Positions 8,839-17,560 of a stretch of DNA of 32,000 bases are shown here, piece after piece (within the stretch, counting starts at the first letter, position 1; each line of letters opens with the position of its first letter). Below the pieces are notes generated by a model that saw nothing but the letters and a program-made list of their open reading frames with translations, searched no databases and was not told the DNA's origin. The DNA comes from Methanopyrus kandleri AV19. Its GTDB lineage: Archaea > JAADCQ01 > Methanopyri > Methanopyrales > Methanopyraceae. Position numbers and translations under genes: made by a program. The stretch lies in NCBI RefSeq assembly GCF_000007185.1, contig NC_003551.1, positions 90,001 to 122,000 on the forward strand, in the 5' to 3' direction.

Positions 8839-9845
8839 GTGCGTTCGGAGAGTTTCCTCCACTTCTTGTCCAACACGCCCCGCTTACCCTCCAATTCCCT
8901 CAGGTTCTTGTGCAGCACTTTTGTCTGGAGCAGCTGGGCCGTGATCCGACCGGCGACCTTGTGCGAACCGCGACGGGGCGGTCGTCCGTCGAACTCTCGC
9001 CTCAGGAACCACGGACACCGTAGCTTGACCGCGTGGAGCTTGTCGTCGGTCTCCACCATCGGCTTCACGCAGAGCCCCTCACACCAGTTCCGCTCGAGCC
9101 TGTCGAGTTCCCGCTCGAGGTCTCCCGGGTCCGGGTCGACGACCACCCGCCATCTGGGGGGTTCCGTGGACAGACGGCGACACTCGCGGAGCTGCTCTGT
9201 TCTCGGTGCTGTGATCTTCACGCTCCCTTCGAGCATGTCCAGCTCGTAGAAACAGACCCTAGGTTCGAGCTTCCCCTCGGCTACGGCGGACTCGAAGTCC
9301 GGTTTGACCTGGTTCTCACGGAGGAAGCGCTGGATAAGCTCGTGATCGGGGTCCAACTCGCAGACTCGGGAGAACAGCGGTTCGGGTCGGCACTCGTACC
9401 GTTTGCCTTCCAAGTACACGAGTTCCGCCGTGAGATCCGAAGGTTCGCCGTCGAACAGTACCTCGGTTTCCAGTCTCCCGGCGAGCTCGTGCAGTCTGGG
9501 CGACTCCTGGGAGAACAGGTCGTAGGGAAGGAGCTCGCCCTCCAGGATCGTGATCCGGTCGAACTCGCCGCGGAGGTCCTCCCAAGGGGGCTCGATGTCG
9601 AGCCCCCGGAGGTACTCGTCGGCGTCCACCCAACCCCTGGTGTGTGCGAGGAGGCGGTCCCCTTCCAGGTACACGCGGACGTTCGTCCCGTCGAGTTTCT
9701 CTTCGAGGACCAGCTCACGGTCCGGGGAAAAAGCGCGGAAGAGGCGTAGCGTGGGTTCGGGCTCCTCAGGACGGGCGGCGGCCATGGTCCGCGTCGCGGT
9801 GATCCGGAGGCCCTCGGGGATTTTCGGCGGTGCTTCCTCCCGCAT
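8775..9845 (-). CDS. Covalent nucleotidyltransferase / ATP-dependent RNA ligase-like protein (closest by eye to archaeal Rnl3/Pab1020-type)
   Basis: Motif I EEKLDGTNVRVY, HTRGW, motif III-like ILEGELLPYD, motif IV EGLCVKP, motif V-like HAVKLR; true start may be the internal Met at 9785. Confidence 0.7.
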   Translation of the reverse strand: MREEAPPKIPEGLRITATRTMAAARPEEPEPTLRLFRAFSPDRELVLEEKLDGTNVRVYLEGDRLLAHTRGWVDADEYLRGLDIEPPWEDLRGEFDRITILEGELLPYDLFSQESPRLHELAGRLETEVLFDGEPSDLTAELVYLEGKRYECRPEPLFSRVCELDPDHELIQRFLRENQVKPDFESAVAEGKLEPRVCFYELDMLEGSVKITAPRTEQLRECRRLSTEPPRWRVVVDPDPGDLERELDRLERNWCEGLCVKPMVETDDKLHAVKLRCPWFLRREFDGRPPRRGSHKVAGRITAQLLQTKVLHKNLRELEGKRGVLDKKWRKLSERTQRALRVQDRLLSLGLDSPRL

Positions 9846-9867
9846 CGTGACGGTTCCCGGGTTCGGA

Positions 9868-11157
9868 TTACCGACGCTCCTCCAGTGCGTCTTTCAGTAT
9901 TTTGATAGCGCAATACTCCCCGCACATCGAGCACAGCTCCTTGGCCTGCGGCGGGCGTTCCTCCCGGTAGTGTCGTGGCTTCTTCGGGTCGATGGCGAGC
10001 TCGAACTGACGGTCCCAGTCCAGGTTCCACCGTGCTTCGGCCATCTCCTCGTTCTCTCGGCGGGCGTACTTCATGCCCCTGGCCGTGTCGGCGGCGTGAG
10101 CCGCAATGCGTGTCGCGATCACGCCGAGGATTACGTCCTTGACGTCCGGGAGCGCCAGGTGCTCGGCCGGGGTCACGTAACACAGGAAGTCGGCACCGTG
10201 GTACGCGGCGATGGCCCCGCCGATGGCCGCGGCGATATGGTCGTACCCCGGAGCCACGTCGGTCGGTACGGGACCGAGCACGTAGAACGGAGCCCCGTCA
10301 CACACGCGCTTCTGCAGTCTCACCACCGCCGGTATCTGGTCGAGCGGCACGTGGCCGGGTCCCTCCACCATAGCCTGCACACCGGCCTCGCGGCACCGGT
10401 CCACGAGCTCCCCCTGGACAACGAGCTCCCGGTGTTGGGCGGCGTCGTTGGCGTCGAGCACGGATCCGGGACGCATCGCGTCGCCTAGGGATAGGGTCAC
10501 GTCGTGCTCCCGCGCGAGCTCCAGGATGTAGTCGAAGTTCTCGTACAGGGGGTTCTCGGCGTCGTGATGGATCATCCAGGCCGCAACGATGGCACCGCCG
10601 CGCGAAACGATCCCGAGCGCTCTACCCCTCCGGAGGACGTCCTCGAGCGCGTCCAGCGTGACCGCGCAGTGTACGGTCATGAAGTCAACACCGTCCTCCA
10701 TGTGTCGCTCGATGGCCCGCAGCATGTCGTCCTCATCCATGTCCACGACGGCCCGTCCCCGTCTGGTCATTTCCACGGCCGCTTCGTACACGGGCACGGT
10801 CCCTACGGGCACGTCCACGGCCTTCATGATCCGTCGACGGATCTCTCTCAGGTCTCCACCCGTGCTGAGATCCATCACCGTGTCGGCACCGTGATCGACC
10901 GCTGCACGGGCCTTCTCCACTTCGAGGTCGGGATCGCAGACCTCCGGGGATGTTCCGACGTTGGCGTTGATTTTCACGCGGAGCCCTTCACCTATGCCGA
11001 CGGGCCGGACCTCGTCCCGACGGTCCGCGTGGGCCGGGACGACCACCCGTCCTTCGGCCACTCGTCTCGCGAGCTTCTCCGGTCGGACGCCTTCCTCCTC
11101 CGCGATCTTCCGGACCGTATCGGGTACCGTCCGCCTACACTCTTCCATCAGGGTCAC
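9868..11157 (-). CDS. thiC: Phosphomethylpyrimidine synthase ThiC
   Basis: VKINANVGTSP, GADTVMDLSTGGDL, VPVYEA, FMTVHCAV, IVSRGG, CSMCGEYCAIK cluster-binding motif; GTG start in a GTGA overlap. Confidence 0.95.
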   Translation of the reverse strand: MTLMEECRRTVPDTVRKIAEEEGVRPEKLARRVAEGRVVVPAHADRRDEVRPVGIGEGLRVKINANVGTSPEVCDPDLEVEKARAAVDHGADTVMDLSTGGDLREIRRRIMKAVDVPVGTVPVYEAAVEMTRRGRAVVDMDEDDMLRAIERHMEDGVDFMTVHCAVTLDALEDVLRRGRALGIVSRGGAIVAAWMIHHDAENPLYENFDYILELAREHDVTLSLGDAMRPGSVLDANDAAQHRELVVQGELVDRCREAGVQAMVEGPGHVPLDQIPAVVRLQKRVCDGAPFYVLGPVPTDVAPGYDHIAAAIGGAIAAYHGADFLCYVTPAEHLALPDVKDVILGVIATRIAAHAADTARGMKYARRENEEMAEARWNLDWDRQFELAIDPKKPRHYREERPPQAKELCSMCGEYCAIKILKDALEERR

Positions 11158-12512
11158 GGCGTACCTGCCCCTGCCCGCGCTGCCATGGTCTTAGCCAAGT
11201 TCATGAGTTGTGAGAACAACGCGTTCATTTCGAGGACCAACGGTCGCGGTAGGTAGTGCTCCCGGACGTACAGTCCGAACCAAGCGGCTGATAACGTTAC
11301 GAGGACCCAGATCAGGAACCACACCACGGCGACGGATGCCGAATCACGGTTCCTATGGGCGGCTGCGATCGGGAAGTATACGAAAAACGGCAGTGCCAGG
11401 TACGGATGTAAGGCTGTTAGGGAACCTACGATGGCCGACGCGCCGACGGCACGGACGGACTCGGACGGGATGCGCCCGAATATCCTGACGGCGTAGTCGG
11501 GTGGTTCCACGTACGCCACGAGGTAGGGTCCGAAGCGGAATGCTATGTACGAGCAGTCGTAGTCGACACGCTCACGGACCGTTACAGCGTTTTCGGCGGC
11601 GCGACCCCTTGAGTCGCCTATCCCGATCTTTATCTTGACGTCGTCTTCCGTTAGCCGACCCACGATCTTGATCGCGGCCCTCAGCGCCCGGCTTTTGGTG
11701 GGGAACCGGGCTATTACGTCGTCCCCTCCCCTGCGATGGTCCAGTACGACCCCTTCTTCCTCGTTGATCACGTCGATTACCCTGCTCATTATACCCTCCA
11801 GATACCGACGTCCGCGCTCGCGGACTAGCTCGGAGGACCCAACGATATCTAGGTAGAGGATACGGTCGGGCGCGGTGTTGGTTCGGCGGGGTGGGGGAAG
11901 CGGGTCACCACCCCGGTGGATGATCCACTCCGCCCCGATCTTGGAGAACGCGGCGAACTCGGAGTCGGCGTGACGTTCGGCCTTGGCGAACCGTTCGGTG
12001 GCAGCGGCCTGGGTGAGACCGATAGCGGCGCTACCATGCAGCCGCAGTGGGACTTGAACCGCGAATCGTAGTGCGTGGAATTTAGAGGGGGCTTCCACGG
12101 TCGCCTCGCCTCCTCCGCACTCCAGCACGGTACATTGGCACTCGTGGGCGAGCGACTGGAGGTCGTTCTCGTTCCTGTATGTGCAATACACGTATCTGGT
12201 TTCATCCAGCACTATCTTGCTGACGAGCGCCACCTCCGGGTCGTCGTACTTGAATTGTTCTATCTTCGTCAGTCCGAACCCTTCGCGTCGTAGCTCCTCC
12301 GCCACCTCACCGAGCTCGTTGGAGATTACCTGGGGAGCCGGTAGAGGGTATCCCTCGAAGCGCGTTAGTAGCATGTACATGGAGTTGAGCGTTTCCACTA
12401 TTTCCCGCTCCTCCTCGGTGATCGGGTCGTACTTGGTACCGCAGGCGACGATCTCCCCATCGACCCGCGGGGAGGCCGAGAGTTTCACGAATAGGCGTGA
12501 GGGGTGAATCAT
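11154..12512 (-). CDS. Tandem palm-domain protein (class III cyclase/GGDEF/GTP cyclohydrolase III-like, GGDD motif) with C-terminal transmembrane segments
   Basis: ILYLDIVGSSELV...LDHRRGGDDVIARFPTKSRALRAAIKIV...VKIKIGIGDSRGRAAENA; upstream degenerate copy GGGEATVEAPSKFHALRFAVQV...GSAAIGLTQAAATERF; C-terminal hydrophobic IVGSLTALHPYLALPFFVYFPIAAA and VAVVWFLIWVLVTLSAAWFGLYV. Confidence 0.65.
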   Translation of the reverse strand: MIHPSRLFVKLSASPRVDGEIVACGTKYDPITEEEREIVETLNSMYMLLTRFEGYPLPAPQVISNELGEVAEELRREGFGLTKIEQFKYDDPEVALVSKIVLDETRYVYCTYRNENDLQSLAHECQCTVLECGGGEATVEAPSKFHALRFAVQVPLRLHGSAAIGLTQAAATERFAKAERHADSEFAAFSKIGAEWIIHRGGDPLPPPRRTNTAPDRILYLDIVGSSELVRERGRRYLEGIMSRVIDVINEEEGVVLDHRRGGDDVIARFPTKSRALRAAIKIVGRLTEDDVKIKIGIGDSRGRAAENAVTVRERVDYDCSYIAFRFGPYLVAYVEPPDYAVRIFGRIPSESVRAVGASAIVGSLTALHPYLALPFFVYFPIAAAHRNRDSASVAVVWFLIWVLVTLSAAWFGLYVREHYLPRPLVLEMNALFSQLMNLAKTMAARAGAGTP

Positions 12513-12513
12513 T

Positions 12514-13239
12514 TCACTCCACCTCTTCGGGCGTTTTGACGCGTACCTTGTAGTCTCCTTTCTCGACCAACAGGCTTTCCTTCACCACCACGTACGGGAA
12601 CTTCAGATAGACGGTGCGGGTGGCTACGGTGCTGGCTATGAAGCGGGCGAGACGGATCATCGTCGGCTTCAGGTCTTCGCCCACTAAAACCTCCACCTTG
12701 AAGGGAGGTCGTTCCTTCGCGACCTCCGAGGAGTGAAGCGCGAGCACTCCGAACTCTTCGGGCCCCACACACAAGTCGTTCCGAACGAGGACCAGTGGTG
12801 TATGGTCGAGATCGAGCTCTTCCCGGGCGGTGACGGCGATCGCTCCGGCTTTCTCCCGTAACTCCCGGTAGTTGCGGGGATCGACGGCGATGAAGCACAC
12901 GTAACGGTCTTCCTCCGCCACTGGCTCGAGCTCCTCCTCGGCGACAACGGTTTTCACGACGGGGATCTTGCTGAGGAACTTGTCCAGTACAGTGTCGACC
13001 CCCTTGAGTGAGAACTCGAGACCCGCCATTCCACCTATTTCCCTGACCACTTCCCTGGCCACACTACGGACGTCGAGTTCGGCGTGCTTCTTCAGGTCGT
13101 ACACGGGGTAATCCCTTTTGGCTAACGCGTCGAGGACCTGGAGGCTGACGTCGGCACCTATACGCTTCGCCTCCTCGTCCGGGATCCACACCTTATCCTT
13201 ACCCGCGTCCGACCTCTCGGCCTTGGCCACGTTCGTCAC
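12514..13239 (-). CDS. Conserved-looking hypothetical protein, 241 aa
   Basis: ORF ends 1 nt before the palm-protein start codon, fitting an operon; no recognised motif. Confidence 0.6.
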   Translation of the reverse strand: MTNVAKAERSDAGKDKVWIPDEEAKRIGADVSLQVLDALAKRDYPVYDLKKHAELDVRSVAREVVREIGGMAGLEFSLKGVDTVLDKFLSKIPVVKTVVAEEELEPVAEEDRYVCFIAVDPRNYRELREKAGAIAVTAREELDLDHTPLVLVRNDLCVGPEEFGVLALHSSEVAKERPPFKVEVLVGEDLKPTMIRLARFIASTVATRTVYLKFPYVVVKESLLVEKGDYKVRVKTPEEVE

Positions 13240-13268
13240 CCCGGAACCCGCGAGTAGGGAGGAGGACC

Positions 13269-14672
13269 TTGAGGGTCGTTATGAAGTTCGGCGGTACCTC
13301 GGTAGGTACCGGAGAGTCCATTAGGAAAGTTGCGAAAATCGTCACAGACGCGGCGGAGGAGCACGAGGTGATCGTGGTAGTTTCAGCGATGTCTGGGGTC
13401 ACGGACGAGCTGGTACGGGCGGCCGAAAGCGCCCCGGACTGGACGGAGGAGGATGTTAAAAACTTCGTAGGGAAGCTCCGAAGGAGGCACGGAAAAGCCG
13501 CTTCGGAAGCGATTTCGTCCGACCTCATCCGGCGGGAGGTGATGGGTTACGTCGACTCCTTACTCGAGGAACTCGAGAAAGTGCTGTTGGGCCTCAGTTA
13601 CGTCGGTGAGGTGACCCCTCGTTCGATGGACCTCATACTCTCGTTCGGGGAGCGAATGTCCGCACCCATCGTAGCGGGCGCACTACGGGACCGAGGACTC
13701 GAGGCGGAGCATCTCGAGGGAGGAGAGGCTGGAGTGATCACGGACGATGGGTTCGGTGAGGCCGAGCCGATACTGCCCGCTTGCCGGCGGAAGGCGCAGA
13801 AGACGCTGATTCCCATGATCGAATCCGGAAAGATCCCCGTGATCACGGGCTTCATCGGGCGGACTATCGACGGCGAGGTGACGACGCTGGGGCGCGGAGG
13901 ATCCGACTACTCCGCCGCCATCATCGGGTGCATCTCGGAGGCGGACGAGGTGCAGATATGGACCGACGTCGACGGTGTGATGACGGCGAACCCGAACCTC
14001 GTACCTGATGCCCGAACGGTCCCGAGGCTCTCGTACGAGGAGGCCATGGAACTGGCCAGCTTCGGCGCGGAGGTACTCCATCCTAAGACCGTCATTCCGG
14101 CAAGGTCGGAAAACATCCCGATTCGGGTTAAGAACACCTTCAACCCCGAGAGCGAGGGTACGCTGATCACTTCCGAATCGGAGCCTTCCGAGCAGGTGGT
14201 GAAGGCGGTCGCGTCGTCCTCGGACGTCGGTATGATCGACATCCGAGGCACCACGATGATTGGGCGTCCCGGAGTGGCAGGACGAATATTCTCGAGACTC
14301 GGGGACGAGGGAATCAACGTCATAATGATATCCCAGTCGGCCTCGGAGTCGAACATCTCGATAGTCGTGAGCCGCCCGGAGGTTCGCCGCGCCGCTCGTA
14401 TCATCGAGCGTGAGTTCGTCGGCGAGCGAGTGGTCGAGAGGGTCACGACGTACGAGGACGTAGCCGTGGTGGCGGTGGTAGGGGAGGGCATGCGAGGGAC
14501 TCCCGGAGTCGCTTCCAGGGTGTTCAGAGCGGTCGCGGACGCCGGGGTAAACATCAAAACCATCTCGCAAGGGGCGTCTGAGGTGAACATATCGTTCGTA
14601 GTAGCGGAGGAGGACGAGGCGGCGGCGGTTAACGCGGTTCACAGCGAATTCGAACTCGGTGAGGAGGCATGA
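13269..14672 (+). CDS. lysC: Aspartate kinase
   Basis: TTG start preceded by ggaggac; VVMKFGGTSVGTGESIRKVA, LGRGGSDYSAAIIG, DVDGVMTANPN, tandem C-terminal ACT domains. Confidence 0.93.
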   Translation: MRVVMKFGGTSVGTGESIRKVAKIVTDAAEEHEVIVVVSAMSGVTDELVRAAESAPDWTEEDVKNFVGKLRRRHGKAASEAISSDLIRREVMGYVDSLLEELEKVLLGLSYVGEVTPRSMDLILSFGERMSAPIVAGALRDRGLEAEHLEGGEAGVITDDGFGEAEPILPACRRKAQKTLIPMIESGKIPVITGFIGRTIDGEVTTLGRGGSDYSAAIIGCISEADEVQIWTDVDGVMTANPNLVPDARTVPRLSYEEAMELASFGAEVLHPKTVIPARSENIPIRVKNTFNPESEGTLITSESEPSEQVVKAVASSSDVGMIDIRGTTMIGRPGVAGRIFSRLGDEGINVIMISQSASESNISIVVSRPEVRRAARIIEREFVGERVVERVTTYEDVAVVAVVGEGMRGTPGVASRVFRAVADAGVNIKTISQGASEVNISFVVAEEDEAAAVNAVHSEFELGEEA

Positions 14673-15400
14673 TCAGACGGCTGGTCGAGCGGTATCTCAG
14701 GCACGTCACCAAAAAGCGGCTGACACGCAGACCCACCACGGCGCTGATCTACACGTGCCTCCTCGGGATGAAAGCCATAGCTCGAGCGTTTTCCGAGGAA
14801 ACCATCTCGTCTATTTCCCCCGAACCCCTCTGGACCGTGGAATCCGTATCCCTGGTACGGATTGGGACCTATCCGGGAGACGTCCTCTGTTCCGAGCTGG
14901 TCTCATTCCTCACTCGCGAGTTCGAAGAGGAAGAAAGAGTCGAAGACGTGCTACCGGAGGTGGAAGTCGAAGCGGAGTTTCTGGCCCGGGTGAGACGTTT
15001 CAACGACCTCCTGTACGAAGACATCGAGCTCCCGTTCGAGATCGAAGGTACCGGCGAAGAGGAACCCGATCTCGACCTGCGTCTGATCGAGGTCCTCCTA
15101 GCGCTCGACGAAATCCCGCAATCCGAGCAGGGACGGTACGCAAAGCCGTTCATACTCACCTGTTTCGAAACGCTCTCAGACTACCTCGATGTGCTGGGAC
15201 TACGATGGTCGGACGTCGACACCGTGCGCCGTAAGGTAAGGATCAAAGGACGCGTCCATCGTATTTCACGGGCACTCGCCTACGAGCTCCGAAGGATTCC
15301 ACGCGAAGGTGAGGAGGTGTTTCCGATAAGCTCCGTGGACGTGATGCGATGGGAACGGGCCGTATCGAAGGAGGTGGGGCGGAGGCTCAGGTTCCTGTGA
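14669..15400 (+). CDS. Hypothetical protein with a degenerate tyrosine-recombinase-like C-terminal segment
   Basis: ATGA overlap with lysC; LTCFETLSDYLDVLGLRWSDVDTVRRKVRIKGRVHRISRALAYELRRI resembles the recombinase N-catalytic segment, but no HxxR or Tyr nucleophile. Confidence 0.55.
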   Translation: MIRRLVERYLRHVTKKRLTRRPTTALIYTCLLGMKAIARAFSEETISSISPEPLWTVESVSLVRIGTYPGDVLCSELVSFLTREFEEEERVEDVLPEVEVEAEFLARVRRFNDLLYEDIELPFEIEGTGEEEPDLDLRLIEVLLALDEIPQSEQGRYAKPFILTCFETLSDYLDVLGLRWSDVDTVRRKVRIKGRVHRISRALAYELRRIPREGEEVFPISSVDVMRWERAVSKEVGRRLRFL

Positions 15401-17522
15401 GTCGTCGAGCGCTCTCAAGGATTTTCCGGGCAAGTTGTTCTCCTATCCCTCTCACCCTCGTCAGCTCCGGGACAGTGGCTTCGGCCAGATCCCGGACGGA
15501 GTGATAACCCGCCCGGTATAATCTCATCGCCAACGTCCTCCCGACGCCTTCCACCTCGGTCAGTTCGAGGGCTTCCTTCGGAACCCCGTATTCCAGCCTA
15601 CGGCTTAGAAGCGGAGAACGCCACGTGATCCCCGCGGCGCGGGCCAACCTGGACATACCCCAAGCGATCCACGCGGCGTCGTCCTTGGCCCTATATAGGT
15701 CGCCCGGGTATAGGTCGTATTTCCGTAGGATACTCCTGTCCGGGGACCCCGAAACCCAATCGCTCAACGCTTCCGCCCAGGCCAACCTGCGCTCGAGTTC
15801 CCAGTCATCATAGCCGAACTCTTCGACGGCCAGTTCCAGGACCTCGTCCGCCTCTATCGAGGGCGACCCTCCCATGAACGCGTCCAGCGTGCTCAGCTCG
15901 CGTGATTTCGAGGAGATAGGGGCCGGTTGGAAGTCTGGGCAGAGCGTGATGGACGGCAACACCACGTTCTCCTCGGTACCCACCTCCTCCATGCATCGTA
16001 GGAGGAACTTGGCGGAGTCAGGCGTCAGGTAGCTTTGCGATACGGCGTGACCCACCTTCGTCGCCGTGAGTTCCCCCTCCAGCTCCTCCAAGAACCCCCA
16101 ATCTACCAGCATCTTCAGCGAGGATAACACCGCGTCCTCCGGGCGGATGTTCACCGAGGACATGAACGTGTTAAGCGCTACCCGCATGACGTCCGCGATC
16201 TGACGGCAGAATCCCGCTGCCACAAGACCCAGGAGGAAACGCCGCAACTGGGGCCCGCTCACCCAGATCCTACTTTGGACGGGGTCCGCCTCGGAGTGCA
16301 CGTACTCCTCAGCCAACTCCTTCCAGTTTGAGGTAGTGAGAACGAACACGAGACCCATATCGTCGTAGCCCGGCCTACCCGCCCTACCCGCCATCTGCTT
16401 GAACTCGTTCTTCGTGGGCTTGATCTCGTTTCCCAACCGCATCCCGAAGTCCTTGATGATCACGTACCTAGCCGGCAGGTTCACACCCGCCGCGAGCGTC
16501 GGCGTCGATACCACAACCTTCAGGAGGCCTTCCCGGAACGCGTCCTCCACTAGAGCGCGCTGCTCGGCGGTGAGCCCCGCGTGATGGAAAGCGACTCCAC
16601 GCATCACGGCGTAAGCCAAGATCTCGGTCTCTTCACCCTCCCCCAGCTCACTGACGCGCTCCGCGAGTGTCCGAAGTTCCTTCTTCTCGTCCTCCGACAG
16701 CAGTCCGGACACCGTCCGAGATAGGTTCTTGGCTTCCGTCATCGCGCGCCTCCTGGAGTACAGGAACACTAACGCTTGCCCACCTTCACGGAGGCACTTT
16801 CGGATCAGCTTCCGGACCTTAGCGTCTTTCTCCGACGCGGAGGGGACTTCCACGATCCTATGCTCGAGTTTGACGGGTCTCCAGTCGCTGATCACGGGAG
16901 TGGCGTCGAGCCAGTCCGCCAGCTCCTCGGCGTTACCCACCGTGGCGGATAGAGCGAGCAGCGAAACCTTTTCCCGGAAGGTTCTGACGAGGGCTATCAG
17001 TGCCTCGTACGTGGCGCCTCGGTTCCGATCCCCGACTATATGCACCTCGTCCAAGACCAGCAAGTCCACCTCTTCCACTAAGCTCGGTCGTGAGCGCAGG
17101 CTGGCGTCGAGTTTCTCCGCCGTTGTCACCGTGATTCCGGGCCGCAACTCTCGGATGGGGCGTCTGACGTCGCCCGTTGAGATCTCAATAGTGGGTTCTA
17201 GCCCCTTTTCCCGGCAGAACTCGATGACGTTCGTGAGTTCCTCGTATTTCTCCCTCGCCAGAGCCCGGAAGGGCACGACGTAGACTACTCTGGTCTCCCC
17301 ATGGGATTCGATGAGCTCGTGTAATGCGCGCATCTCCGCGAGGAGCGTCTTACCGCTGGCCGTTGGGGCGGCGATCAAGAGGTTCTCATCGTCGAACAGA
17401 CCCTTCTCGACGGCCTCGCGCTGAGGGGGGAAGAGCTCCCAGATCCCCTTACGATCGAGGTACTCCCGCACGTGCTCAGGTAGTTTCAACTTCGAACACC
17501 CTCGTCGGACCGGCGCGTACAT
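15387..17522 (-). CDS. hel308: Ski2-type DNA helicase Hel308
   Basis: LFPPQREAVEKGL (Q motif), APTASGKTLLAEM (Walker A), VLDEVHIVGD (DEVH box), AGRPGYDDMG, C-terminal helix-hairpin-helix LTEVEGVGRTLAMRLYRAG; start may be the TTG at 17489. Confidence 0.93.
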   Translation of the reverse strand: MYAPVRRGCSKLKLPEHVREYLDRKGIWELFPPQREAVEKGLFDDENLLIAAPTASGKTLLAEMRALHELIESHGETRVVYVVPFRALAREKYEELTNVIEFCREKGLEPTIEISTGDVRRPIRELRPGITVTTAEKLDASLRSRPSLVEEVDLLVLDEVHIVGDRNRGATYEALIALVRTFREKVSLLALSATVGNAEELADWLDATPVISDWRPVKLEHRIVEVPSASEKDAKVRKLIRKCLREGGQALVFLYSRRRAMTEAKNLSRTVSGLLSEDEKKELRTLAERVSELGEGEETEILAYAVMRGVAFHHAGLTAEQRALVEDAFREGLLKVVVSTPTLAAGVNLPARYVIIKDFGMRLGNEIKPTKNEFKQMAGRAGRPGYDDMGLVFVLTTSNWKELAEEYVHSEADPVQSRIWVSGPQLRRFLLGLVAAGFCRQIADVMRVALNTFMSSVNIRPEDAVLSSLKMLVDWGFLEELEGELTATKVGHAVSQSYLTPDSAKFLLRCMEEVGTEENVVLPSITLCPDFQPAPISSKSRELSTLDAFMGGSPSIEADEVLELAVEEFGYDDWELERRLAWAEALSDWVSGSPDRSILRKYDLYPGDLYRAKDDAAWIAWGMSRLARAAGITWRSPLLSRRLEYGVPKEALELTEVEGVGRTLAMRLYRAGYHSVRDLAEATVPELTRVRGIGEQLARKILESARRLTGT

Positions 17523-17560
17523 TAGGGCGGTCGGCGGCTCACGTCGGGGGCCCTCGACCG

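Noticed and set aside
9033-10488. Overlapping ORFs 9033-9749 (+), 9281-10183 (-) and 9550-10488 (+)
   Set aside because: Shadow frames of the ligase-like gene and thiC; compositionally biased. Open frames reflect few stops in GC-rich DNA.
10504-11256. 250-aa plus-strand ORF
   Set aside because: Antisense to thiC, whose motifs are unambiguous.
11718-11729. GGDD motif as evidence for a type III CRISPR (Cas10) system
   Set aside because: No HD domain, no Cmr/Csm genes, no CRISPR repeat array seen anywhere in the window; architecture fits a stand-alone tandem palm/TM protein.
13683-14642. 319-aa minus-strand ORF
   Set aside because: Antisense to lysC; His/Arg/Asp-rich shadow translation.
14669-15400. 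Active integrase / integrated element
   Set aside because: Catalytic HxxR and Tyr are missing, no tRNA-embedded att duplication and no other mobile genes nearby; kept only as a fold-similarity observation.
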